A stretch of DNA of 64,000 nt from an uncultured Nitrospiraceae bacterium (GTDB lineage Bacteria; Nitrospirota; Nitrospiria; Nitrospirales; Nitrospiraceae), in contig CAVSTP010000002.1 in assembly GCA_963730935.1 (NCBI GenBank), positions 928,001-992,000 of the forward strand, in the 5' to 3' direction. Position 1 is the stretch's first letter. Every line of letters begins with the position of its first letter. Shown here piece by piece: positions 51,190-60,492 of the stretch. The translations under genes and the position numbers were made by a program. A model generated the notes under the pieces. That model made no database searches and was not told the DNA's origin. It was given only the letters and a program-made list of their open reading frames with translations.

Positions 51190-53505
51190 ACCGGGAGCGC
51201 GTGATCGCGCTGCTCTCGGTCCTGTTGATGGCCGGCGGCATGTGGCTCTCGGCGACGCACGTCTCCATCCACAGTGAATTGAGCGATCTGTTACCTGAAG
51301 GGACAACCGCCACCCAGCGCCTCTTGTTGACTCAAGTGCGAAGCGGTCTCGCCGGCCGCCTGATGCTGCTCGCACTCGAGGGAGGGAGCCAGGACGAGAT
51401 GGCGGAGGTCAGCCGGGAATTAAGTGAGCGGCTCCGGGCCAGCGGACGTTTTGCGCTCGTCGAAAACGGGGCGCAGGGCTTGACGCCGCAAGAACGGAAC
51501 ATCGTGTTTCAGGCACGGTATCTCTTGAGTTCCCGGGTCGGACATGAGGCCTTCACTAGCGAATCACTGCGAAAGGCATTGGAGCAGCGGCTTGACGATC
51601 TACGTTCCCCCCTAGCACCCCTGATCAAGGAGACGATTGCCGCCGATCCGACCGGAGAGTTCCTTACGATCATGTCCGCGTGGTCTGCCGAGGATAGACC
51701 TGCCAAGCATCGCGGCGTCTGGATTTCGAAGGACCATTCCAAAACCCTGCTCGTGGTGGAAACGAAGGCTGCAGGATTCGATGCCGATGCACAGGCCGCC
51801 GTCCAGGAGGAGATTCGGCAATCTTTCGCTTCGCTTGCCGGTCAGCGGTCGCACCTGCACCTCCTCATGGCGGGTCCCGGCGTGTTTGCCGTGGAATCCA
51901 AGCAGACCATTGAACAGGAAATCTGGTGGCTCTCGACCGGCTGCCGCCGTCTTGGTGCTGTGCTTTCTCTATGCCAGTTATGGCTCCATCGCGCTGGTGT
52001 TCCTGAGTTTAATTCCGCTGACGGCCGGTATTATGGCCGGGATGCTTGCCGTACAGGGCTGGTTTGGGTTCATCCACGGAGTCACCCTGGGGTTCGGTAT
52101 TACGTTGTTGGGCGTCGTCGACGATTATCCTATCCACCTGTTCAGCCATTTGAGTTCCCGTGGCTCAGTTGCGGCTGTCATGCAAGAAATCTGGCCAACG
52201 ATGCGGCTTGGCGTGCTCACGACGGTCATCGGATTCGCCGCACTGCTGTTTGCGGGATTTCCTGCCTTGACGCAGTTGGGCCTCTTTGCCGTTATGGGGA
52301 TCCTGACGGCCGCTCTCGTCACGCGCTGGATTCTTCCAAACTTCGTCCCGGACGGATTCGTTCCTCGACCGGTATGGCCGGCATTGCATGCGGAGCTCGA
52401 AGGCCTGACAAGGATGAAGCCGGTGATTCCGGCTGCGATCGTTCTTGCCTGCGCGACGCTGTTGTGGTCTCATACGCCACTCTGGCAGACGGATTTGGCG
52501 AGCCTGAGCCCCGTCTCGGAGGAGAAGAAGCTGCTCGACCGCCAGCTCAGAGCGGAAATGGGCGCACCGGACGTGCGTGATCTTCTCGTGATTGAAGGAC
52601 AAACCGAAGAAGATGTGCTTCAATACGGCGAGGTCGTCGATGCCAACTTGAGGCCGTTACGTAGCAGGGGAACCATCGCCGGCTATGATCTCATCTCGAA
52701 CGCTCTTCCGAGTCGTCGAACGCAGCAGAACCGCCAATCCCAACTCCCCGACAGATCTGTTCTGGCGCGCAACCTCGACCACGCACTCAAAGGTCTTCAT
52801 TTTTTGCCCGGCCTATTCACGCCGTTCGTTGCTGCAGTCGAATCCGCCCGCACGCAGCCCCCGGTCGAAAGAACGGCGTTCCAGGGAACGGCACTTGGGG
52901 TCAGGATGGACTCATTGATCTTCGAGCAGGGAAGGAGCTGGACGGCCATCGTGCCGTTGCGCGGGGTCGCGGACCGCGAACTGTTGGCCGCTGTCGTGCG
53001 CAGCTGGAACATGCCCGTCGTTACGTATGTCGATCTCAAGGAAGAGTCCAACCGCCTGATGACCGCCTATCGCGACCGGACATCGGTCATTGTCGTCTGC
53101 GGTCTCTTTGTCATCGGCGTCGTCCTCACGGTCGGCCTGAAGTCCGTCACCCTATTAGGGCCGATCATGTTTCCTATCTTGAGCGCGTTGGCGGTCGTCG
53201 CTGCCGTCCTAAACCTTTCAGGTGAGTCGCTCTCACTGTTTCACATTGCGAGTTTTCTGCTCGTGATTGGGCTGGGGCTCGACTATGCGCTCTTCTTCAA
53301 CCGGCTCGAAGGAAGCGAAGAAGGACGATTACGGACATTATATGGTTTGCTCGTGTGCAGCACGACGACCATTCTCGTCTTCGGCCTACTGGCCTCTTCG
53401 AGCATTCCGGTCCTCCATGCGATCGGTATGACGGCCGCGCTCGGATCATTCTGCTGTCTGCTGTTCGCTGGGATGATGGCGAAAAAGGTTCCACATGCCG
53501 CCTGA
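51186..53505 (+). CDS. MMPL/RND-family exporter (frameshift near 51940)
   Basis: ORFs 51033..52580 and 51637..53505; GPGVFA, TLGFGITLLGVVDDY, LVIGLGLDYALFF, FGLLA.S..PVL.AIG. Confidence 0.9.
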
Positions 53506-54706
53506 GCCAATGACGCCCGTGACCCTGTCTGCCTATACGCTGGTGACCGCAAACGGCCGCGGCGTCAATGCCGTATCGCAGGCATTGCGCGAGTGTCGGT
53601 CGGGCTTGAGGCCCTGTAACTTCGAAGATGCCCTCCTCAAAACCTATATCGGTCGCGTCGACGGACTTGAACAGTTTGCACTGGAAGATGGTTTGGAGCG
53701 ATTCGATTGCCGGAACAACCGGTTGGCCTGGCTTGGGCTGCAACAGGATGGCTTTATGGTCTCGGTGGCCGAAGCCAAGCAGCGGTACGGCGCCGACCGC
53801 ATCGCCGTCTTTATGGGGACCAGTACGTCCGGCATTCTCGAAACCGAGCATGCATACCGCAATCGTGATCCGCAAACCGGCGCATTGCAAGGGTCGTTTA
53901 CGTCGCGTTACCGGTACACGCACAACATGTTTTCGCTGGGCCATTTTGTGCGCTCATGTCTGGGGTTGAGGGGCCCGGCCCTCGTCATTTCCACGGCCTG
54001 TTCTTCGAGCGCCAAAGTCTTTGCGACGGCCGCGCGCTATCTTCAGGCCGGTTTGTGCGATGCCGCAATTGTGGGGGGCGTGGACAGCCTCTGTCTGACG
54101 ACGTTGTACGGGTTCTCCTCCCTGCAGCTCCTGTCGTCCCAGCCTTGCCGCCCCTGCGATGAAGATCGTGACGGCCTCTCGCTCGGTGAAGCCGCGGGCT
54201 ACGCCCTGCTCGAATCCAGTCAGAAGGTGAGAAGAAAGGGCGCCATTGCGCTGCTCGGATACGGTGAAAGCACGGATGGCTACCACATGTCCCACCCTCA
54301 TCCCGAAGGTGCCGGTGCCATTCGCGCCATGCGCCAGGCATTGAATCGGGCGGGTCTCCAGCCCGCGGATATCGACTACATCAACCTGCACGGGACGGCG
54401 ACAAGAGCGAACGACACAGTGGAGGATAAGGCCGTGCATGGAGTGTTCGGCTCGCAGACTGCCGCGAGCTCGACAAAGGGATGGACAGGACATGCGCTAG
54501 GGGCGGCGGGCATTACGGAAGCGCTGATCTCGGCGATATGCCTTACGCAGGGGTTTGTCCCCGGCACCCTCAACTGCCAGCGGGTGGATTCCGCCTTGGC
54601 CAGTCACATCTTGCGCAAGAACGAGGCCCGTTCGGTTCGGCGCGTGCTCAGTAATATTTTCGGTTTTGGCGGCAACAATTGCAGTCTTGTCTTGGGAGTA
54701 TTGTGA
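53495..54706 (+). CDS. Beta-ketoacyl-ACP synthase (aryl-polyene KS)
   Basis: Cys-His-His triad: STACSSS, NLHGTAT, TGHALGAAG; FGFGGNN. Confidence 0.94.
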   Translation: MPPEPMTPVTLSAYTLVTANGRGVNAVSQALRECRSGLRPCNFEDALLKTYIGRVDGLEQFALEDGLERFDCRNNRLAWLGLQQDGFMVSVAEAKQRYGADRIAVFMGTSTSGILETEHAYRNRDPQTGALQGSFTSRYRYTHNMFSLGHFVRSCLGLRGPALVISTACSSSAKVFATAARYLQAGLCDAAIVGGVDSLCLTTLYGFSSLQLLSSQPCRPCDEDRDGLSLGEAAGYALLESSQKVRRKGAIALLGYGESTDGYHMSHPHPEGAGAIRAMRQALNRAGLQPADIDYINLHGTATRANDTVEDKAVHGVFGSQTAASSTKGWTGHALGAAGITEALISAICLTQGFVPGTLNCQRVDSALASHILRKNEARSVRRVLSNIFGFGGNNCSLVLGVL

Positions 54707-55497
54707 TGCGGGTCGGTATTGTCGGCGTCGGCCTTCTGAGCGCCGGCCTTGAGGGCTGGGTCAAGGGCCGCGAGGTGCTGGGGGGCACGCGGCCGTTCTA
54801 TTTCGACTCCCTGCCTGATCCGGACGCGGCGCTGTTGCCTGCGAACGAACGGCGTCGCAGCACGGCCGGAGTCCGCTGGGCCCTGCACGTCGCACAGGAA
54901 GCGATGGCGCAGTCGCGGCTCGATCCGCGAGACGTGGCCACCGTCTTTGCCTCATCGGGCGGCGAAATGGGGGTGCTCGATCAACTCTGCCGTGCGCTGG
55001 CGACGACCGAGCGCATTATTTCGCCCACATTGTTTCATCAGTCCGTGCACAATACGGCGGCTGGGTACTGGGGGATTGCCACGAGCTGCCAGCAATCCTC
55101 CACGGCTCTGTCCTGTTATGACGATTCATGCGCGGCGGGCCTGCTCGAGGCCGCGACCTATGCCACGATGGAAGGCTGTCCCGTCTTGTTTGTCTCGTAC
55201 GATCTGCCCGCGCCCGATCCGCTCATCCGAGCGCGGCCGATACAGTCGGCCTTCGCTACCGCATTGGTCTTGACCGCGTCGCCTGCCGCCGGGACGGCGA
55301 ACGCGACTGTTGCACTGGCGTCAGCTGAATGCGGAGATGTGACGGAGATGTCGGACAGCGAGCTCGAACGGCTGAGAGCGGACAATCCTTCCGGCCGTTT
55401 ATTGCCCATGCTTCGGGCGCTGGCGGGGACAGGCCCGGGCACCATCCGCATGAATTTCTTGGGCGACCAGCAGCTGGTCATGGAAGTTGAAGCATGA
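54706..55497 (+). CDS. Ketosynthase chain-length factor
   Basis: LPANERRR, VFASSGG, SPTLFHQSVHNTAAGYW; no catalytic motifs. Confidence 0.88.
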   Translation: MRVGIVGVGLLSAGLEGWVKGREVLGGTRPFYFDSLPDPDAALLPANERRRSTAGVRWALHVAQEAMAQSRLDPRDVATVFASSGGEMGVLDQLCRALATTERIISPTLFHQSVHNTAAGYWGIATSCQQSSTALSCYDDSCAAGLLEAATYATMEGCPVLFVSYDLPAPDPLIRARPIQSAFATALVLTASPAAGTANATVALASAECGDVTEMSDSELERLRADNPSGRLLPMLRALAGTGPGTIRMNFLGDQQLVMEVEA

Positions 55498-55934
55498 CGC
55501 GTCTGACGAAAGAGGAGATTGGACGGCTGCTTCCGCATGGACCTTCCATGTGCCTGCTCGAGTCGGTGGAAGTCTGGGATGATCTCACCATCAGTTGTCG
55601 TACGACGACGCATCGGGATCCGAGTAATCCGTTGCGCTTCAAAGGACGCCTGACGGCTTCGGCCGGCCTCGAATACGCCGCTCAGGCGATGGGTGCCCAT
55701 GTCGGCCTGGTGAACGGCGCCCGTCAAACGGAGTACCGAATTGGACTCGTTGGAGGCGTACGGGACATTGTCTTCTCCACCGACCGGCTCGATGACCTAG
55801 ACGGCTGGCTCATCGTCAACGCAAGACGATTGGTTGAGGGGGAGCAAGGATACCTGTATCACTTTACCGTCTCGCACCAGACATCAACGCTCATCGAAGG
55901 ACGTGCGTCGATTTTCGTCAAGGCGACCGTGTAA
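55494..55934 (+). CDS. Hotdog-fold dehydratase partner (ApeP-like)
   Basis: LLPHGPSMCLL, EYAAQAMGAH. Confidence 0.86.
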   Translation: MTRLTKEEIGRLLPHGPSMCLLESVEVWDDLTISCRTTTHRDPSNPLRFKGRLTASAGLEYAAQAMGAHVGLVNGARQTEYRIGLVGGVRDIVFSTDRLDDLDGWLIVNARRLVEGEQGYLYHFTVSHQTSTLIEGRASIFVKATV

Positions 55935-56659
55935 TGACCAAAAAGCGTGCGCTTGTCACGGGTGGAAGCGGAGCGATAGGGGCGGTTATCTGCGAACGGC
56001 TGGCCGCTGATGGGTACGCCGTGATTGTCCACGGGCATGGGCACGCGCAATCGGCTGAGCAAGTGGCAGGAAAAATCGCTGCTAACGGCGGAACGGTCAG
56101 CGTGACGACGTTCGACGTCGTCGATGGGGTTGCGACGGCGGAAGCGCTTCGTGATCTGCTCAACGCGGGACCCATTCAGATTGTGGTGAACAATGCAGGT
56201 CTGCACGATGATGCGCCGATGGCGGGAATGACAGACGTCCAGTGGAAACATGTCATCGATGTCTCGCTCCATGGGTTCTTTCATGTCACGCAGCCGCTCT
56301 TGCTCCCGATGATCGGAACCAGATGGGGGCGAATCGTTTCCATTTCCTCGGTTGCCGCGATCATCGGCAATCGCGGTCAAACGAATTATGCGGCTGCCAA
56401 GGCTGGCCTGCATGGGGCGAGCAGATCACTCGCGCTCGAGTTGGCATCCCGAGGCGTGACGGTGAACGTCGTCGCGCCCGGCTTGATCGAATCTCCGGCT
56501 GCGAGACAGGCCTTTACTTCCGCGCAGGTGGAATCGCTGGTCCCGATGAAGCGTGTGGGAACGCCCGAGGAAGTGGCCGCGCTCGTGGCGTTTCTGGTCT
56601 CCGAACAGGCGGGATACATCACGGGGCAGGTCATCAGTATTGATGGAGGCATGGTATGA
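55934..56659 (+). CDS. fabG: 3-oxoacyl-ACP reductase
   Basis: TGGSGAIG, VNNAG, GNRGQTNYAAAK, YITGQVISIDGG. Confidence 0.94.
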   Translation: MTKKRALVTGGSGAIGAVICERLAADGYAVIVHGHGHAQSAEQVAGKIAANGGTVSVTTFDVVDGVATAEALRDLLNAGPIQIVVNNAGLHDDAPMAGMTDVQWKHVIDVSLHGFFHVTQPLLLPMIGTRWGRIVSISSVAAIIGNRGQTNYAAAKAGLHGASRSLALELASRGVTVNVVAPGLIESPAARQAFTSAQVESLVPMKRVGTPEEVAALVAFLVSEQAGYITGQVISIDGGMV

Positions 56660-57522
56660 GCAGGTCCGCTGACGCCGCCCATGACTTCTGGGTTCTCATT
56701 CCCGCTTATAACGAGGCGCCGACGGTTCGTGAGGTGGCCGCTCGTGCCCGTCGGTATTGCGCCCATGTCATGGTGGTGGATGACGGGTCCACAGACGGGA
56801 CGCTTGAAGCCCTCGCCGGCCTGGACATCATTCTGCTGAGAAACGAGCAGAATCGAGGAAAGGGAGACAGCCTTGCGCGCGGATTTCAGGAGGCGCTGAC
56901 CCAGGGCGCGGTGGGCGTCATTACCCTTGATGCCGACGGCCAGCACGCGCCGGAAGAGATCCCTTCCTTCATTGCGGCTACGCTCGAGAATCCTGAGGCC
57001 TTCGTCATCGGCGCTCGGCGGTCACTCCAGCGAAAAAGCTCGAGCTGGAGATACCTCGCGAATCGCATTGCGGATTTTTGGATTTCATGGGCGGCTGGCC
57101 GCCCGATCGAGGACAGTCAGTCAGGATTCCGGTTCTATCCTGCCCGATTGCTTCGGGATCTCACGCTCAAGCATGGGCGGCAACAGGGTTTCGTCTTCGA
57201 AAGTGAAGTGATGATCGAAGCGGCCAGGCGGGGAGTCCGGTTTGTTTTCATTCCAATCGGTGTCGCGCCTCGAGTAGGTGCTCGCACGAGTCATTTTCGG
57301 CCAGTGGTGGATATCGTCAGAATCACAAAGATGATCGCGTTGAAGCTGCTAAGCCGCGGATTGTACCCGCAAGGCTTCTATCGGGCGTTTATTCGACAAC
57401 CTGATCCGACAATGAGGCCCCAACGAATGGTAGTCACGCCGAGAGCAGGAATGCCTGATTCCGACAGCCAAGAATCGCAAACCGTGCCTTGCGCCTTGCC
57501 GGCACAGGAGATGCGGTCTTAA
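56656..57522 (+). CDS. Glycosyltransferase family 2
   Basis: LIPAYNE, VVDDGSTD, NRGKG, DADGQH, DSQSGFR, SHFRPVVD. Confidence 0.92.
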   Translation: MSRSADAAHDFWVLIPAYNEAPTVREVAARARRYCAHVMVVDDGSTDGTLEALAGLDIILLRNEQNRGKGDSLARGFQEALTQGAVGVITLDADGQHAPEEIPSFIAATLENPEAFVIGARRSLQRKSSSWRYLANRIADFWISWAAGRPIEDSQSGFRFYPARLLRDLTLKHGRQQGFVFESEVMIEAARRGVRFVFIPIGVAPRVGARTSHFRPVVDIVRITKMIALKLLSRGLYPQGFYRAFIRQPDPTMRPQRMVVTPRAGMPDSDSQESQTVPCALPAQEMRS

Positions 57523-57935
57523 TTCCCCGCTGCGCTGAGTCTCGCCTTGATTTCGTTGTCGAGACGCTCGATCCACTTCTGATAGTTCACGTGAATCGTG
57601 CGTTTGTCCGGGTCATACCTGAGATTACTGCTGTCCTTATAGAGAATGCTGTAATTCTTGGTCGTGTAGGGAATAGTGACATGAATCTGATGGCTCTGCA
57701 CATTGTATTCTCCGAGCATTTCTCCCGGCTTCACCGGCGTCATAATCCACGTTTGTTTGATGCCCGCATCGATAATGGCTTTTTGGACCTGGTCGAGCGT
57801 CGGCTCCTTCCCCGAGGCGGTTTGGATCGGGGCATCTTTCACTTCGTAGACCTGTCCTCCGGCTCTGCAACCCATCATCGCCACGACAACGAGCGATGCT
57901 ACGAACATTCGTACGGCCGTCTGTTTCATCGTCAC
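57519..57935 (-). CDS. Lipoprotein of unknown function (paralog of 58001..58411)
   Basis: GGAGG RBS; MMGC lipobox; SHQ..V.IPYT.K.YSILYKDSSNL.YD...IH.NY..WI..L. Confidence 0.85.
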   Translation of the reverse strand: MTMKQTAVRMFVASLVVVAMMGCRAGGQVYEVKDAPIQTASGKEPTLDQVQKAIIDAGIKQTWIMTPVKPGEMLGEYNVQSHQIHVTIPYTTKNYSILYKDSSNLRYDPDKRTIHVNYQKWIERLDNEIKARLSAAGN

Positions 57936-58000
57936 ACCTCCGGGAGAGTCATGTGGAATGGACGCATGCCGGTACGCAAGCGCCAGGACTGTGTCATGCT

Positions 58001-58411
58001 CTAATCGCCTGCAGCTGACAACCGTGATCGAATTGCACCATCCAACCGTTGAATCCAGCTGGCATAGTTTTCATGAATCGTCTGGGTGGCTTCGTCGTAT
58101 TTTAAGTTGCTGCTATCCTTGTAAAGGATGCTGTAGGACTTCGTGGTATAGGGAATCGACACCACCGCTTGGTGACTCCGAACATTGAGCGTACCGACAA
58201 TCTCTCCTGGTTTCGGGGCTGCCATTTGCCATCCCGCGGCGACGCCGGCGGCGATGATTTCCTTTCGAACCTGATCCATACTCAGCGCCTTCCCGGATGC
58301 AGTCACCACGGGAGCGTCTTTGACCTGATAGACTTGACCGCCGCCACGGCAGCCGATCACGCCGACCAACGCAACGCATACTGCCACAGCACACCATCCC
58401 ATTCGGTTCAT
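58001..58411 (-). CDS. Lipoprotein of unknown function (paralog of 57519..57935)
   Basis: GGAGG RBS; VIGC lipobox; same conserved blocks as its neighbour. Confidence 0.85.
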   Translation of the reverse strand: MNRMGWCAVAVCVALVGVIGCRGGGQVYQVKDAPVVTASGKALSMDQVRKEIIAAGVAAGWQMAAPKPGEIVGTLNVRSHQAVVSIPYTTKSYSILYKDSSNLKYDEATQTIHENYASWIQRLDGAIRSRLSAAGD

Positions 58412-58436
58412 TGTCGACCTCCCGTTGAAGACGGAG

Positions 58437-59372
58437 CTAAAAGCTACCTGCTCTTAGTACGACTGGGCGGATCAAGTCAAGGTGGGGCATAGAGGCGTGC
58501 ATGATATTGGCTGCAGCGAAGCGCCGCTCAAACAAATGTTCCAACAGATCTCCGACGAGGGACAGGTTATGTGGGCCCATGCCCCTCCGGTTCCACTTCG
58601 ACATGGATTTGGGAAACACTTGGTCTTTCGCGCTTACAAATTCGGAGGGATGACAATAGAACACAAGATCTGTCGATTTTCGGGTGATCCAGGTGATCAT
58701 CTTTCCCAGCAGCGGTAGCCCCAACACTCTAAGCGTGGCGAGATTAATTGGAAAGAGACAGGCAGACGGCGGCACCTCTGTGATGATGCTCGCGCCCGGC
58801 CGGCCCAGATCGGTGGCACAGGGCCGGTAGGGTGCCGTGGGAGCCCAAAAATACTTGAGGTAGTGCACGCGTCCGAATCCCAGGTCGAACCGTCGAGCCG
58901 GCACCGAGGAATCGTAGAGATACCCTTCTTCCTCTAAAACGCGCAGCGTGGTTTCACCGACCCAGAGGTTGGGCGCGCGAAAAATTAGAGGACGGACCCC
59001 CGCCGCTTGCTCGACCGCCTCCGTGGCCCGGCGAATCCAGTCCCGTTGCTGCTCATATCCGGCTCTTCGGAAATCCTCGTCCTCGTCCAACCCGCCATGA
59101 GCCCAGCCATGGGTTCCAAGTTGGTGGCCTCGTTCATGACAACTCCGTACCAGATCAGGATAGGCCTGGGCAAAACGGCCGGTGAAGAAGACGGTTCCCG
59201 TAACGTGATAACGGCCGCAGCAATCCAACAGTGCTTCGAGTCCTCTCTCCGAACCCGGCACCCAGTCGCAGTCAATGGTGAAGTACAAGCGTTTCGTAAA
59301 CTCGAATGGACTGCGTGTACCGTTGAGCAGGCCGGGACGGTCTCCGTCGCCTGATCGGATGTGCCGCATCAC
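58437..59372 (-). CDS. Polysaccharide deacetylase family protein
   Basis: FTIDCD, TVFFTG, GTHGWAH, FRAP, YDSS, FYCHPSEF. Confidence 0.86.
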   Translation of the reverse strand: MMRHIRSGDGDRPGLLNGTRSPFEFTKRLYFTIDCDWVPGSERGLEALLDCCGRYHVTGTVFFTGRFAQAYPDLVRSCHERGHQLGTHGWAHGGLDEDEDFRRAGYEQQRDWIRRATEAVEQAAGVRPLIFRAPNLWVGETTLRVLEEEGYLYDSSVPARRFDLGFGRVHYLKYFWAPTAPYRPCATDLGRPGASIITEVPPSACLFPINLATLRVLGLPLLGKMITWITRKSTDLVFYCHPSEFVSAKDQVFPKSMSKWNRRGMGPHNLSLVGDLLEHLFERRFAAANIMHASMPHLDLIRPVVLRAGSF

Positions 59373-59429
59373 GGGCCTCTCCTGTCTGCGGGGTTCAGCA
59401 TGGGTGGGCGGAGACGCGCATCAAAGGGT

Positions 59430-60482
59430 TCAGTCGGTGGTCACGAGTCCTTCGATCTCCACAAGGAGCTCTCTGCGGCACAGATCGCCGTGGAGATACA
59501 GCAGGTGGCTGGACAGCAGAAATGGCGCGCCAAGAACTCGGCGAACAGTCTCCAGGTGCTTTTGGTTTCGCACGTAGACCTTGAAGATAGAGTGGAGTCC
59601 GGTCTCGCGCTGGAAAGAGGGCGTCATGCATTGGGCCTGTTCGATCAGCGCGCGCAGGTTCGTCACCGTTTCGAGAGCCTGCGCATCCACCAAGCCCTCG
59701 TGCTGGCTTTGATGTCCGACGACACTGGCGGTTCCGGAAATGAACAGTTGGGTCATGCCGTCAGACTGGCAGAGTGTGGCACGGGCAAACGACGGGCTCC
59801 GCGGGCCGTAAATCTTAGGGTAGTCGTAGGCATTGATTTGGCGTGGGCTGCCGAGGTGCGTGGCTGGATGCGCCCCCGCAAGAAAATAGATTTGAAGCGG
59901 TCCGCCTTGTGTTCCCACGGCCGTCCCCGCCGGCAATGAGCCTGGGAAACCTGGCAGGCTGTCAGCCAAGGCCTCGTGCCGTCCCAGGCAGAACAATCGG
60001 TACCGTTCGAGACCGTGCTGCTCTTCATTAATCCGAGGAAAGTAATTCCATACTCGCCACAGGTGCGGGAATCCCGATTCGCGAAGCAGACGCAGAAGCT
60101 GCTGATACGCTCTTTCGGTCGTATGGTTCAAGCCTGTGCCTGGGTCCTCGAACACCGTGATGGAACCGAACAGCAGATCGCCGCTGATCGCGGCGGAAGC
60201 CTCGCTGTCCTTGTACAGACGAACGGGCTGATCGGAGCTCCAGACCTCGCATCGGCTGGGACCTTCCAGGATGGGGAGATCAAGGTGAATGAGCGGGCAT
60301 TGAAAGGTCACGGGCAGGGAAGAGCCAAACGACACGACGGCGAGAGGGAACGTGCCCGATGTGGCCAACCATCGGCTCAGGTCGGCCGGTTCCACATACG
60401 CGATTTTGACCTGGCTTGCGGGGTCAAGGACACGTTGAGCGGATGCGGCGGAAGAGGAACTGTGACGATGTCGGATGCCCAT
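59430..60482 (-). CDS. xanB2: FkbO/Hyg5/XanB2-family chorismatase
   Basis: RVWNYFPRIN, LERYRLFC.GR, PAGTAVG, PRQ..AY.YP..YGPRSPSFARA, ISGTASVVGH, DLCRRELLVEIEG. Confidence 0.9.
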   Translation of the reverse strand: MGIRHRHSSSSAASAQRVLDPASQVKIAYVEPADLSRWLATSGTFPLAVVSFGSSLPVTFQCPLIHLDLPILEGPSRCEVWSSDQPVRLYKDSEASAAISGDLLFGSITVFEDPGTGLNHTTERAYQQLLRLLRESGFPHLWRVWNYFPRINEEQHGLERYRLFCLGRHEALADSLPGFPGSLPAGTAVGTQGGPLQIYFLAGAHPATHLGSPRQINAYDYPKIYGPRSPSFARATLCQSDGMTQLFISGTASVVGHQSQHEGLVDAQALETVTNLRALIEQAQCMTPSFQRETGLHSIFKVYVRNQKHLETVRRVLGAPFLLSSHLLYLHGDLCRRELLVEIEGLVTTD

Positions 60483-60492
60483 TCGAGTATGC

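Noticed and set aside
46885..57522. Primary fatty-acid synthesis operon
   Set aside because: CLF, aryl ligase, MMPL, LolA-like, GT2, chorismatase and halogenase genes are diagnostic of aryl-polyene clusters, and fabD, fabH and plsX are absent.
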